Positions 26,285 to 40,312 of a DNA stretch of 64,000 nt are shown here, one piece after another. Source of the DNA: Mobula birostris (Eukaryota). Numbering within the stretch: the first letter of the stretch is position 1; each line of letters begins with the position of its first letter. The translations under genes and the position numbers were made by a program. The notes under the pieces are model-generated. The model was given only the letters and a program-made list of their open reading frames with translations, had not been told where the DNA came from and did not search any database. The stretch lies in NCBI RefSeq assembly GCF_030028105.1, contig NC_092373.1:53872699-53936698 (forward strand), written 5' to 3'.

Positions 26285-27835
26285 CAAATGCAGCAGGACC
26301 TGGACAATATCCAGGCTTCGGCTGACAAGTGGCAAGTAATATTCGAGCCACGCAAGTGCCAGGCAATGACCATCTCCAACGAGAGGCTCTCACCATTTTC
26401 CCTTGACATTCAGTGGCATTAGCATCACTGAATCCCCTACTATCAACATCCTGGGGGTTACCATTGACAGGAAACTGAACTGGTCTAGCCATATAAAAAC
26501 CGTGGCTACCAGAGCAGGTCAAAGGCTAGGAATTCTGCGGCGTGTAACTCACCTCCTGATTCCCCAAAGCCTGTCCACCATCTACAAGGCTCAGATCAGG
26601 AGTGTAATAGAATACTTGCCTGGATGAGTGCGACTCCATCAACTTAAGAAGCTTGACACCATCCAGTACAAGGCAGCTCACTTGATTGGTACCCTGTCCA
26701 CAAGCATCCAAACCCTCCACCAACGATGAACAGTTGCAGCAGTGTGTACCATCTACAAGATGCACTGCAACAACACACCAAAATTCTTATGGCAGTACCT
26801 TCCAGACCCACAACCACTATCATCTAGAACGGGGTCCCCAACCTTTTCTGCAACGCGGACTGGTTTAATATTGACAATATTCTTGCTGACCGGCCGACCG
26901 GTGGGGGGGGGGGGGAGTGTTAATCATGACCAAAATATAGGTGATAAGTCAACTAAGTCACTATAAGTGGCAAATACACTCAATTTCGTTTCTAAAAGTG
27001 TTTATCTAACGAATTTAATATTAAACATACAGCACATATTTTCCCTGTATGAACATATAAAATCACTGCAACACAGCAATATCGCTGAATCAGTGGGAGC
27101 CCTGGGCTTGTTTCCCTGCAACAACACGGTCCCATCAAGGGGTGATGGGAGACAGCGATACTCGAAGGGTGTTCCTTGTGTCCAGGCTATTCCACAATTT
27201 AGTTTTCATTGCATTCACTGCAGAAAACTCCGCTTCGCAGAGATATAATGTTGGAAATGGAAGCAACGTTTTCAGTGCTTTCCTAGCTATCTCAGGATAG
27301 TCAGCCTTGACTTTGATCCAGAATGCTGGCAGAGATGTTATGTCAAACATACTTTTCAGCCCACCATCATTTGCAAGCTTGAGGAGTTGATCTTCTTCCC
27401 GCGCTGACGGGAATGATGCGTGTGTCATGACCTTGCATGCGTAATGACCTCGCGTGCGTTCAAGTTCCAACAGTGCGTGACAGGGAATGAGGAAAGGTGC
27501 AGCTGACTCATATCGTTTCATATCACCATATCATATCATTTCCTCAGTTGGGGACCACTGATCTAGAAGGACGAGAACAGCAGATACCTGGGAATGCCGC
27601 CACTTGGAAATCCCCCCCGAGTCACTCACCATTCTGACTTGGAAACAGGTTGCCATTCCTTCAATGTCGCTGGGTCAAAAAGTTACTCCCTAACAGCACT
27701 ATGGGTGTAGCTAGCTACACCTCAGGGACTGCATTGGTTCAAGAAGGTAGCTCATCACCACCTTCTCAAGGGCAACTAGGGATGGGCAATAAATGCTGGC
27801 TTAGCTGGCGACGCCCACATCCCATAAATGAATAA
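26285..27835 (+). mobile_element. CR1/L2-group LINE 3' fragment, split by a hAT element
   Basis: ILGVTIDRKLNWSSHI, QRLGILRR, IYKAQIRSVIEY motifs. Confidence 0.7.
26830..27560 (-). mobile_element. Non-autonomous hAT element, third copy of the 6868-8096 family
   Basis: TIRs present; perfect TSD ATCTAGAA (26822-26829, 27561-27568). Confidence 0.9.
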
Positions 27836-29011
27836 ATTTTAAAAATCATGTTCTTAATGGGAACACTTTTATCTTCAATGTACATTTGAGCTTGTTGTAG
27901 ATTCTCTGTTGATATTTATTTTTAACTTTTTACAAAAAGAATTTCTTAAACTTTTCCATTTTTGATAAACCATACACATGCCATTAGCACATTAGCAATA
28001 CCTTGTTGTCTCGCACAGTTGACTCATCCAGTTGTATCCCAGGTTGTTTTATTTTTGTAGCTCTGTGCATAGTTGATACTTAATGTCTTGTTAATACGAT
28101 GAGCTAGTGAGCTATTACTCAAAGGAATTGATTTTAAAACACTGGTATCCATTTTGAGAATAGTGGTGAGAACTTCTGATACAATTGGTGAAAGATTAAT
28201 AATGCCTGCTGTATGAGATTTTCCACACTTTGCTATCATTCTGGAAATGTTATAAGAAGCAATAACACCACTATCAAGGTCATCTTTATATTACTTGACA
28301 AATGACTTGAGTGTGCAACTCTTTTCAAATGCTTCTTTCATCTTCTGGAACTGAATAATACCATAAGCAGCCTTTTCAAGGGTTCCTGCTATTTCGGTTT
28401 CATGGCTTCATTAGACAGTACAGTATTACAAATAAGACATGGGGCATCATTGGTCTGACAGGAATGGAGTAAAACTATACTCTAGGTACACATCCCTCTG
28501 TAGTTTCTGTTTCTTAGCAGGATTAGAATTCAAGGCTTCTTTGCCTTCAGACTCCAAGATCGCGCCACACATATTTCGCCATCATTAACAGGGCTAAATG
28601 AAAATACAAAATTAACACTAACTGGGAATGCCTATTGGGTGTTGACAACAGCAGCAAGTTGACGTGCATGGAGCAATGGTAGTGACACACGAAGGAATAG
28701 CGAGATGAAGATGAAAATGATTATAACAGCGAAAATTATGAGATTGGAATCTGGATGTTAGTCAGGATAGAGCCAGTATTCAACAAGCTACGTTTATATT
28801 ATTCCAGTTAGTGCGATTGACCAATCACGCAAACTCTCATAATTATCGTGGTATCGTTAGGGTGCCATTTACCGTCCACCCCCAAGAATCTTGAATGCCC
28901 CCCTGACGACTTCTATTTCCCCATTGCCCCCTTAGAAACAGGCAGTAACACCCCCATTGGGAATCACTGCTGTAGATCATTCATTTTTACCAATAGTAAA
29001 TAAAGACTCAC

Positions 29012-29227
29012 CTCAGAATCTACTGCTGATCTACAACTTTGTTCGGGCACACCTAGACATTTCTTGACAGTGAGTGGATCCACCAACCAAAGAGCTAAGG
29101 TAGCTGGCCAGTTTCCAGCAAGATTAGAGATGGTATTCAATAAAGTCATGTATGTTCCTCCAATTGAAGGATCACTAATCTTAGCATTAAAAGCCATAAC
29201 AGCAACATACATGCTATAGAGAGCCAC
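29012..29227 (-). CDS. SLC33A1: SLC33A1 coding exon 5 (216 bp)
   Basis: TTCCAG|VALYSMYVAVMAFNAKISDPSIGGTYMTLLNTISNLAGNWP...DSE|GTGAGT. Confidence 0.96.
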
Positions 29228-30369
29228 CTGGAAAGTGGAGAAAAATGAAAAGTCAATACAGTTGACAAATTATCAAGGTAATGCAATTCCAAGAAAATCG
29301 TTCTTTTTTGAAAGATAATCTATAATGAACTCAAACAAGATAATGTATAATTAATGTATATTTTGGAAATATTCAGCTTGCTCAAATATATTTGGATTTG
29401 CATGTCAAAATCACTGCATTTATAATTTTTAAAAAATAATTTGATACAAAAACTGTTGACATTCACAAACAAAAGCACAATTTGTAGAGAAATATATAGT
29501 ATCAGGTGCCTGAATAGAATGTGAAAAGGTCAGATAAAGATAGCCAAATTCTAACGCAGATGTGAAGCATTACAAGGCCAATAAAGACCCAATTATCAGG
29601 AAACTATCATTCAGAGAGAAGGATTAAGGATCAACACCTGGAAAGGATTTTTTATGCATAATAGTGGATATAAAGTTGTTGGAAGTAATTTAAAAGATAA
29701 AACAAAAAGTACAAGTTGGGTTTTCAATTAATGGAGATTTTCTAGATCATAATTTGAAAAACAATTTGTCAAGCTACTTGACAAACAATTTATCAAGTGT
29801 AGTCTGTCAGATATTTTATTCTAGATTAGAATGCCTAAACTATCTAATTTACACACAACATAAAAAATACCTGGAAAACATTTCTTAATGTGTAAAATTG
29901 ATTTAAAAATCTGTAATCTATGTCACAATAAATACCAAAGAGACAATGTGTTTCTAATGATTCAAGGGTTACCTTTATTTTCACATGTACATCAAAATAT
30001 AGAGTGAAATGTATTTCTGCATCAAGACCAAACACAGTTGAAGTTTCACTATGCTTCCAGTGCCAATACAGCATGCCCACAACTTACTAACTCTAACCTT
30101 CCAGTGCCAATACTGCATGCCCACAACTTACTAACTCTAACCTTTGGAAAGTGGGAGGAAACTGGAACACCCATATGGTCAGGGAGAGAACGTTCAAACT
30201 CCTTACAGACAGCAGTGCGAATTACAGACAGCAGTGGGAATTGAACCCTGAAATCGCTGATGCTGTAAAATGTTAAGCTAACTGCTATGCTACTGTACCG
30301 CTCTCCTGAGTTGAATAGGGCAAGGTGATTTTACTCTCTAACCTTCTTTTACATCCATTTGTGGAGTTC

Positions 30370-30950
30370 TTTTGGAGTTCATTACTTCATTCGGAGTTTG
30401 AAGAGATTCGGCATGTCAACAAATACACTCAAAAATTTCTATAGATGTACCCTGGAGAGCATTCTGACAGGCTACATCACTGTCTGTATGGTGGGGGGGG
30501 CTACTGCACAGGATTGAAAGAAGCTGCAGGGGGTTACAAATTTAGTCGGCTCCATCTTGGGTACTAGCCTACAAAGTACTGAGGACATCTTCAAGGAGTG
30601 GTATCTCAGAAAGGCAGCATCCATTATCAAGGACCTCCAGCACCCAAGGCATGCCATTTTCTCACTATTACCATCAGGTAGGAGGTACAGAAGTCTGAAG
30701 GCACACACTCAGCTATTCAGGAACAGCTTCTTCCCCTCTGCCATCTGATTCCTAAATGCACATTGAACCCTTGAACACTACGCCACTTTTAAAATATATG
30801 TTATTTCTGTTTTTTTGCACAATTTTTACTCTATTCAATGTATACTGTAATTGATTTACTTATTTTTTCCTTCTATATTATATATTGCATTGAACTGCTG
30901 CACTAAGTTCTCAAATTTCACGACACATGCCGCTGATAATAAACCTGATT
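30370..30950 (+). mobile_element. Rex1/Babar-type LINE 3' fragment
   Basis: LLPSGRRYRSLK...SFFPSAI; tail aataaacctgattctga. Confidence 0.75.
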
Positions 30951-31773
30951 CTGAGTTCTTTTTCTCCATGCTCGAATCTTTTAACCCAAAAGCAAGCGTG
31001 AATCAACTGACTTCAAGTTAATATTTAATGTCAGTATTTAGTTGACAGATGAATATCTGCCACTTTTTCAAACAGTATTTGCTGCAAGTTCAAGGTGATT
31101 TCTTCTCTGATTCAGAATAGATCAGGCCTCGTCTTTAATGTATAATTACTGTGCTGCTATAAATGTCTGGCTATGTGACACCTTCATCTACACTAGAAGA
31201 TATGGAAGACTACATATGATCAGTTATTTATTGAACCAATTCGTCTTCAATATATTTTGAATCAGACCTCAATAAAGAGGATGCAAGACGAATTATAATG
31301 CAGTGATGTCACAGAAAAAAAATCCATATTGGCCACCTTAGAACCCCAGAACTGGAGTGGAAGCAAGTTATTTTTAGCTCAGAGGAATGAGTTGAGAAAG
31401 AAATGACCTGAAAGAAATGAAAACTAGCCTGTCAGTGCACGCACAGTTCTGTAGATAAATCTGAATACTATGAGACTGACAGGAAACCACTACATTCCTT
31501 ATTTCCTGTTCAGAAATCAGCTCAGTATCTTTTGAAGAAAAAAAATCTTTATATTAGTAACCACCTTCAAAATTAATGAGAAAGTAAAATGTTGACTCAA
31601 GGTCAAATTCATAAGTCAGTTTGTTGAACATTATAAATTGCCAGTTCAAAAACATGATTTAGTTCAGTTCTTTAAGGATTCAGTACATATAATGAGCCAT
31701 TTTCAAAAATACATCTTAGTATTTTACAAAAGATTATTTTAATGCAATATACTAATCCAATGCACTCTCTCAC

Positions 31774-31891
31774 CTGATGCAAGGCATAACTTAACAGCAG
31801 GATTCCATAATAATACACAGGAAACTCTGTATCCACTTTTACCATAGGAGTCCAGAATACTAAGAGAGCAAATATTATACCCATTGCTAAC
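31774..31891 (-). CDS. SLC33A1: SLC33A1 coding exon 4 (118 bp)
   Basis: TTACAG|G LAMGIIFALLVFWTPMVKVDTEFPVYYYGILLLSYALHQ|GTGAGA. Confidence 0.95.
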
Positions 31892-33194
31892 CTGTAATGA
31901 AGAGAGACAAGCCATATTGTAATTAAGTTTCTAAACTAAGTGTAACTGTAATTGTTGAACCTACATTAATACTTTAGATTTAGATTATGAGGACACCCAG
32001 TCCTCGTTTATTGTCATTTAGAAATGCATGCATTAAAAAAATGCTACAACGTTCCTCCAGAATGATATCACAAGAAAACACAGGACAAACCAAGACTAAA
32101 ACTGACAAAACCACATAATTATAACATATACTTACAACAGTGCAAAGCAATACCATAATTTGATGTCTCAAAGTCCCGATAGACTCATCATCTCATGCAG
32201 TAATCATTTATTATATTATTGCCATATTTCACATAATAGTCATTGACTAATTACACTTGTCATTAAACACCATTTCACTCCATTGCAAAAATAAGTAATG
32301 CAGATGAATAATCGTAAAGCATGTAGGGCCACCATGTCAATGATAAACAGCTATGCATTGGCAATTCAAGTAGTCTTCTACATATTTCTTAAATGTGAGA
32401 GTCTCTACCTCCACCAGACCCTAAGATAGTGCAAGTCAGATTTCAAACACCCTCCTGGTGATACAATTCATCAGATTCCCTCTACCTCAAAGGTTCCCAA
32501 CCTGAGGTCACAGAGCCCCTGCTAAATGGTATTGATCTATGGGATAAAAAAAAGGTTAGGAATCCATTTCCTCGAAGATTTAGACACGTCTGCCATAGGG
32601 ATAAATTTCCTACTATCAATTCTATCTATGCCCCTGGTAGTTTTGCATTACTTGGTCTCCAATTGACACTTCCGTCACCAGTTGGGACATCAGGTTACAA
32701 CTGTAAAAGTCACTGGTGACATCACATGGAGTAATATATTAAATTCTGCTTGTCCAGCAATAGACAGGATAACATTAGGCTGGGAAGGCTGCAAAAAAGA
32801 TTCACAAGGATATTACTGGGATTGAAGAGCTTGAGTTACAAGGAGAGGGTCAACAGGCTGAGACGTTTCCCCCCTAGAGCCTAGGAAGCAAGAGATAACT
32901 TTATATGATATATATACACAATTATAACAGGAGTAAATAAAGGGTATGATCACACTTTTTCCAAGGATAGAGGAGGGCATTGATTTAAGGCAAGAAGGGA
33001 AACATTTTTAAAGTGTCCTGAGGGGAAACTTCCTCGACACAGGGGGAGGTGGGAATATGAAACAAGCTGCCATTGGAAGCTGTGGATTCAGGTACATTAC
33101 AATGTTTAAAAGACATTTGAACAGGTATACACTAGAAAATCCAAGAGAGATATAGCCCTAATGTAGGTAAACGTGGCTAGCTAAGACAGATTGC

Positions 33195-33869
33195 CGACGC
33201 CTCTGATCTGGGCTGACATTTACGTGCCGGGTGGCACTTAATTAATTAGCTTGTTTATTTCGGCTTTTTTCTTAAAGATGTGCTGGGTGCATCCCAGCCA
33301 CCGCTGTACCACTGCATGCTTCGCGGATCGGTATCGGTTCGCTGCCCAGAGGGTGGGGACCACTGCACCACCCCACCACCCCAACCTCCGACGACTCAGC
33401 CTAACACATCATCATCAGTGTGCTCAGCGCTGTCTTCCCGGTTCTGGTAAGTGATTCTACACTGTACATACATTATTTCTACTTTATATAGGCTGTGTAT
33501 TTTTACGTGTTATTTGGTATGATTTGGCAGCTTCATAGCTTAAAGGTTACTGGAGAGAGTGTTTCTGCCGAGAGCGCTTGCATGAGATTTTCGCTACAGA
33601 TAACAGTGCAGCAATGATTGTAGAAAAGTATTTCTACTTTATATAGGCTGTGTACTTATCATATCATTCCTGTTTTTACTATAAGTTACTGTTATTTTAG
33701 GTTTTATGTGTTATTTGGCATGATTTGGTAGGTTATTTTTTGGGTCTGCGAACGCTCACAAATTTTTCCTATATAAATAAATGGTAATTATTTCTTCGCT
33801 TTACAACATTCCGGCTTACGAACCGTTTCATAGGAACGCTCTACCTTTGGATGGTGGGGGGAACCTGTA
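33195..33869. mobile_element. Composite Tigger-like element carrying half of the palindromic hAT MITE
   Basis: 33195-33365 matches the right half of 7522-7844; ends GGGGGAACCTG-TA; shares ACTGTACATACATTATTTCTACTTTATATAGGCT with about 10825-10860. Confidence 0.55.
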
Positions 33870-35354
33870 CCTTGGTTGCTGTGACGAACTGGATCTAAGG
33901 GCACATTTCTCTGATGTGTAACTTTATAACCTTCTCTGTTCCAAAGTAAACAAAACCAGCGAAGCCACATTATCCTCATAACTGAAACCTGGAGATCAAC
34001 TTCGATCAAACTCTTTCAAATCCTAGCAAATCTCTGCTGCACTCTCTCCAATACAATTTTGTCAGGACAAATATTATAAAGTTATAATTTTGCAATGCAC
34101 AACATAGTTCTGAAAAACTGTTGTTATTAGAGTGCATCTTTATTATTACTACACACAATCAGCACTTGCAAAATTACCCAGAAAATACAATAAATAAAAC
34201 TAAAACAGAAACAGATTAACAGCATTTTATTACATCTCCTATAGTAAATTCCAACTTTAGTAAATTTCCTTCAAAAGAAAAAATATCAAGAGATGAAAAT
34301 CTGGAATAAATTTAAAAAATGCTAGAAACACTTTAGGCCTGCATCTGTGGAAACAAACAGAATTGTATTTCATTGTATACAAATTCCAGCACAAACAAGC
34401 AACCATTTAGTGGATATTTTTCTTAGTTGCGAAAACACTTTTGTTAACAAGACAGGAACCAAATTTGAAAAATGAAAGGTTGATCAGCACTTCCCTGTGA
34501 TTCTGCCAATTTAACATATCTATTTGATTGTTAAAGTATACGTTGGTCTGAATTCCTTCAAGTCAGAACAGTAATGTGTTGATTTATCAAATTTCACTTT
34601 AACATTACGCATTGGCTCTAAGTTAGGTGACCTTCTTCTCCCCACTGAACAAATAGATCACCACTTTTCACCCACTAAAATGCACTATTTTGTACAATAT
34701 TTATACTTAACAAAATCCAATTTAACAAAACATTCTCTTTTGCAAACTCCTGATATATCCTGGGAAACTGTGCTGTATTGTCACTTGCATTCTATCCAAT
34801 TTTGATTTAGATCACAGAAATCCAACATCTTGGTGTGCAGCACTATCAGGGAGTTGATCATTGTGCTCTGGTTCCAAAGGAACATAATTTCAGTAGCAAT
34901 GAAGATGGACTTCAGAAATGCATCCCAACAATGTGGAGTTTTATTTCCTATTTAACTATGTCCTTGCTTACTTTTTTGGGAATTCTGTCCTTACAATAAT
35001 ATTCAAAGTTTACAATAATATTCAAAGTTTTTTTTTTAAAAAAGAAAAACAAAATTCAATTGAAGAGGGGAAAAGTTAAAGCAATGATTTGGAGTAATAC
35101 ACGTTGTGATTACCCTGCAGATAATACACTTCATAGTGTGCCCAATTAATCCCTGCATTTTGGGTATACTTATTGAAAAGTAGTCTCAGAAGTTTATAAC
35201 AGAAAAAATGCCATAGAGTTAGAACAAGAGGCACCAGGAACCTTGCATGACATCCGAGTTAAAGTATTTTAGCCCCCAGCACTCTGTTGTGTCCTGCCAC
35301 CACCTACCTTCCACTTCCTATCAATTTGATGGGAGAAAGCAAATCATACGTTAC

Positions 35355-35539
35355 CTGAATGGCACTGCCCAATAAAAAACATTCAGTGGTTTCCGGCCTG
35401 CTGTATATTTACTTATTGCAAGAGGAAGCATTATCTGCAGAGGAACCATGGGTACTGCGAGAATAGCCAACTGCTCCTTAGGCACACCCATCTCAATCAG
35501 CTTCAGTCCAGTCACTCCATCAGCAGCTGAGAAACCGAT
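35355..35539 (-). CDS. SLC33A1: SLC33A1 coding exon 3 (185 bp)
   Basis: TTCCAG|IGFSAADGVTGLKLIEMGVPKEQLAILAVPMVPLQIMLPLAISKYTAGRKPLNVFYWAVPF(R)|GTAAC. Confidence 0.96.
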
Positions 35540-37349
35540 CTGGAAATATACATGTTCAATAGAACTATTATTAACTTCTATAAAAATGTCAAAAGTTAAT
35601 TTAGTTAAAATAATAAAATAATGGTACCAAAATGCTTCCAAGTAAGACACAGTTGAAATATTTGATTACAGAGCATCATCCGTGCCAAATTCTGTCATTG
35701 CAATGTGTTTCAATAGCACTTGATTGCTCCTTGCAATTCATTTTCTTTAAAAAAAAACACACGATTGTGTAGCTATGTTGGACTACTTCTCACAGCAAAT
35801 TCCTAGTTAATAATGTGCTAATGAATTCAGTAGACCAAACAGAAAATATTTAAAATCTCCAGCATAAAAATAATACTATATAGTATATAGCACAATTTTC
35901 ATTGGTTAATTATTAAATGATGTAAAGTACATTAAATCACAAAAAAAGGATTTTGTTGCTCAAACTATCTTCCCAGCCTGTGTATTGAATCAAATTTCTG
36001 AAATCCAGATGCTTCTGGCGTTAGATCAACAATGGGAGGAAACTCCCATGGTATATGAGCACTGGCATAGATCCATTGATATCATACTTGAATGGACTGA
36101 CTTTACGATGATTTACCATGCAACTATCTCCATCACACTGCAAGGGCACATCTTCAGAATATTTGAAAACTATTCAGTCATTCAATGCTTGAATTTGTTA
36201 CATTCTGGGATCCTGAATGAAGTTTCCTGTAACTGACATCACCAGAACATTCTTCTAGGTTGGAATATTTAATTTGATGGTGGCAATAAAAAATAATGCC
36301 AACATTCAAAGAGGAGCAACTCTTTGTATGTTTACTAACCTTCCCACAAATGCATTTTGTGGGAAAGTTAATGCCTTTCACTGTTCTGTACGAGGCCAAA
36401 TAACTAATGACAGACTGAGACAACTATGAAGGAACAACCACATTGGTCAGTACAATCAAATAACGAAAGCAAATTCAGTGCTCAAACTACTCTCTCTGGG
36501 TAACACTGAGCTAACAGGAATACAATGTTTTGATTAAAAAGGAACTACCAGTGAATTAGAATGACCTGATAATACAGTTCCCTAATACCATGAATTGTAT
36601 AATTGTATTGATACACTTTTCTGAACTGATAAAACAGAAAAAATATATTGCTTTAGCATTTTGTTCTATACTAATAATACATTTTGTTATCTCATCAACC
36701 AGTCAGTTTAACAGAGCAAACAATAATGCAGCAAAAGCAAACTACTTTCTTTTAATTGAAGTAAAAAGGAATTAATTACAGTATGGGAATATTATTATAC
36801 ACTTAAATATTAATCAGAAAACAACTTTAATTTGAGATACAGCAATTAAGATTGAAAAATATGAAAGAATTTACTGAAATAACTTGAGTATTTGTGCTAC
36901 AAGTAATGGCAGCGTGCTCAGTTACAGCAGATTTTACGGGACCAACCAAAGGTGTTATTTTTTTTAACGACAAGACACTGCTGGTCATTAAGACATTAAG
37001 GCCTCCCCCCCCCCCCCAGTGAGTTGTTTATTGGCAGAGAAACTAAAGAAACTATACTTGCTGCAGTTTATGCTGCTGCCTGCATCATAGAGATGTCAAT
37101 GAGTCATTGCACAAAGGTGGTGCAAAGTGTAACAGTGAGTGACCCCCACCCCCCCCCGGTTGCTTTACTTGTGATCGCAAGACGCTGTTGGACATTGTTA
37201 ATGTGGAATGCTATGCTACAAGTCCGATTCACTGATTTATTGGTGGACGGCAGAGGAGCTGCATGGCCTCTGTTGCAGCCAGGACGAGACCTCTAACAAG
37301 GTGTTAGCTGGTTAGAGCTGCCCCAGGAGAAAGGCGTTGGGAGCCTGTG

Positions 37350-37790
37350 TGCTCCACCAGAGTGCTGGGGACAGCATGGCACGGCAGTGTTCGCTCGGCA
37401 GACGAGAAGCCATACTGTGTTTGGTTGCAGACTGCTGCAACATTCTCTGATGGTAGTGTCTGAAAAGAGGATGCTGTCCAAGTTGCATGCCATCTTGGTC
37501 AATGTCTCCCATCCACTACATAATGGACTGGTTGGGCACAGGAGTACATTCAGCCAGAGACTCATTCCACCAAGATGCAACACAGAGCGTCATAGGAAGT
37601 CATTCCTGCCTGTGGCCATCAAACCTTACAACTCCTCCCTTGGAGGGTCAGACACCCTGAGCCAATAGGCTGGTCCTGGACTTATTTCCTGGCATAACTT
37701 ACATATTACTATTTAATTATTTATGGTGCAACTGTAACGAAAACCGATTTCCCTCAGGATCAATAAAGTATGACTGTGACTATGACTATT
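37350..37790 (+). mobile_element. Rex1/Babar-type LINE 3' end
   Basis: SHPLH...PRCNTERHRKSFLPVAI; AATAAA followed by (TATGAC)n tail. Confidence 0.7.
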
Positions 37791-40312
37791 CATGGACTCA
37801 AGATCTTGGGCCATATTTTTTGTGTGACAATTTTACTGATATCTTTTATGTGCTTCCCTTCTTATATGTGCTACATGTACCTTGTGCAGTGTATGACCTT
37901 GGACTCAGAGTAACACTGTTTCATTTGGCTGTATATACCAGTATTCATGCATGGTTCAATGACAATTAAACTGCAACTTGTACAAGGCTTTAAGACATGT
38001 ACCAATTATATAACAATTATAATTCCAAAATGAAAATATTAACAAACTTGGAGTACATTTAGCAAAGACCATGGCTTCCAGAATTGAGTTGCACAGTATA
38101 TTAAATGATTTCTGACAGGATTTTACATTTTAAATTCGTGCAAATCAAAGAATCATCATAAAAGTTGTTCATTGCATACTTAGTAGAATTCAATATGCTT
38201 GCTCGTAGCAAAAATGTAGCAATGACAACACTTTCTCAAGATAATATGTAATCATTTTGTATAAATACAAATACAGTTTGCAGAATATTGCTACAAGGAA
38301 GGCACTTGATTCAGATTCCACATAAAAACTTAAGCTACATTATTGACTTGGTTTGAAGAATGCTTGGGTGATCAGACGTCCAAACATAGTGATTATATAG
38401 GTATGCATTCAAATTGCAAAGATAAATTACGTAAACTAGATTAATATTCTATGTACAAGAGAGTTAATCCAGAGATATGAATAATTATTTTAGCATTTTG
38501 AAGGTAATCAATTACAGTACTGTCAATATGCCAAAATTTAAACATCCCAACTTAGTCACACGTCGAGAAAACTTTGAGCCTCTTTCATCTTCTCCCTGGC
38601 TCTCACTAGGAGAACATTAAAGGGGGTCTGAAAATTGATGCAATGGAAATAAAAAAAAATCTGATATTACCTTCAACAGTCTACCAATGCATAACAGTAT
38701 TTCAGGGAGACTTCATGACATTACAGCCTTCACAGTAAAGAACTCTTCATATTTTGTATCATTAACATTATACTAAAAGAGAAATGTTTTGAACAAAAAC
38801 AAGGTTCAAATCCCAGCATCAATGAGGTGCTAGGACCTGCAGTAACAGAATCATATTCTACTGATAACTGTAAACCTCATGCCCCATCATAACTCTCACT
38901 CTATTTCTACCATTATGCTAAGAGACCAAACTTGTTCAACCAGAATGCAGAAGGAAAATGCCAGAATCAGGTATCAAGCGTTCCTAAAAAATGATGGACC
39001 AACCTGGTGAAACAACCAATACATGGTCACAGGGGAAGCAATAAACACTCGAAGCTGAGCAATCCCACAAGAAACCAAAGTTCTCTGATCCTACCGCTTC
39101 TAGTTATGAACAGTAATTAATACAAGGACATGACCCCAGAAATATCAGCTCTTTTAGTCATGACAGAACTCAAAATGCTAGTCCAATAGACAATCTTCTT
39201 TTGGCACTTTAGAGTTCCCACCATCAGAGGCCAATATTCTGTCATTTTGACTCCCTCCATCAGATATCTAGAAATGTCAGAGCATACTTTTCAGTTTCTG
39301 CTTGATCTGAATATTTCCAACTTTTTTTGTTTTCTTTAAACCTACTTCGATGCTTTTTGTGGCCTGACAGGACAACAGAACTCTTGATTTGGTTACAATT
39401 TTGGTCAAAACATTTACCCAAAAAACAAATTCCAAAGGTGAGGCAACAGTGATAGCCCCTTACTGTACATCATGGCAGCACCATGTTATAACAAGATGCA
39501 CCATTAAAAATGAAGTCATCAGGATTAATCAGCAAACACAAAGAGCCAATTTGCACCAAGGAAGTATTTAGCCTCAGAGTGGAATATGGAGGTTGGGAGA
39601 AAGTCATCAATTTAACTGGAGCAACCACAAAGTTCTATAAGAGAAAATAGGCAGCTGAGTATATCTGGCAAGTTACTCGACTTGATATCCCAAAGCCTTT
39701 CCACCATCCACAAGACAATCACCAATTGCCAAAGTAATAGCAGCTCTAAAACCATTTAAAGAACTCTACAAGTTGCTTCATTAGCATTTCATCCTTAGCA
39801 TTAAATATTAACTTTACTACCAAATAATTGTGGCCACAATACATACCATCAAGATACACTGACAACTCTTCAGTTTCCCCCCCACCCACACCCCCCAAAA
39901 GAACCTCTGAATACACAGCTAGAGACTGAAAGCAGCTACCAGACATTGCCACACTTCAAATAACTTATTAACCTGACTTGAAAATATGTTACTTTTCTTT
40001 AGATGTCACTGGGTCAATATTCCAAAATTCCTGGCTAAGTAGAACTTCAGAGCACCTTCACTGCACCTACTGAACTTGTATGACTGTAGTTTCAGCAGCA
40101 ACTCAAGTATATCAGATAAACAGGGTGCTTCATGAGACCATCATGCAAGGCCCAAGATAACTTCCAACACTAACATACTAAGCTTCTTTTCAATTCGGAA
40201 TTGATTTTACATCCCTGCGGGGGGAAAAGAAATTAATGTCACAATCTAGAATTTGTTTCTCCTTTCATAAACCTAAAGTCACAACACATAGCGGTAAAAA
40301 ACTTCGTGATTA

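Larger units (their letters stand above)
24139..28969 (-). mobile_element. Decayed full-length hAT (Buster/ZBED5-like) transposon with nested insertions
   Basis: TIRs CAGTTTTCCCAA / TTGGGAATCACTG; TSD CT(A/G)TAGAT; remnants IHCVICQHL and FPSSYLVEGSFSAV. Confidence 0.85.

Noticed and set aside
25418-26335. 305-aa ORF as a transposase-RT fusion gene
   Set aside because: Chance in-frame junction of a LINE inserted in a decayed hAT; both parts are truncated.
30055-30143. Short direct repeats (44-bp x2 here; 20-bp x2 at about 34991-35030; 17-bp units at about 53804-53848) as CRISPR-like arrays
   Set aside because: Simple tandem duplications without spacers, in eukaryotic DNA with no cas genes.
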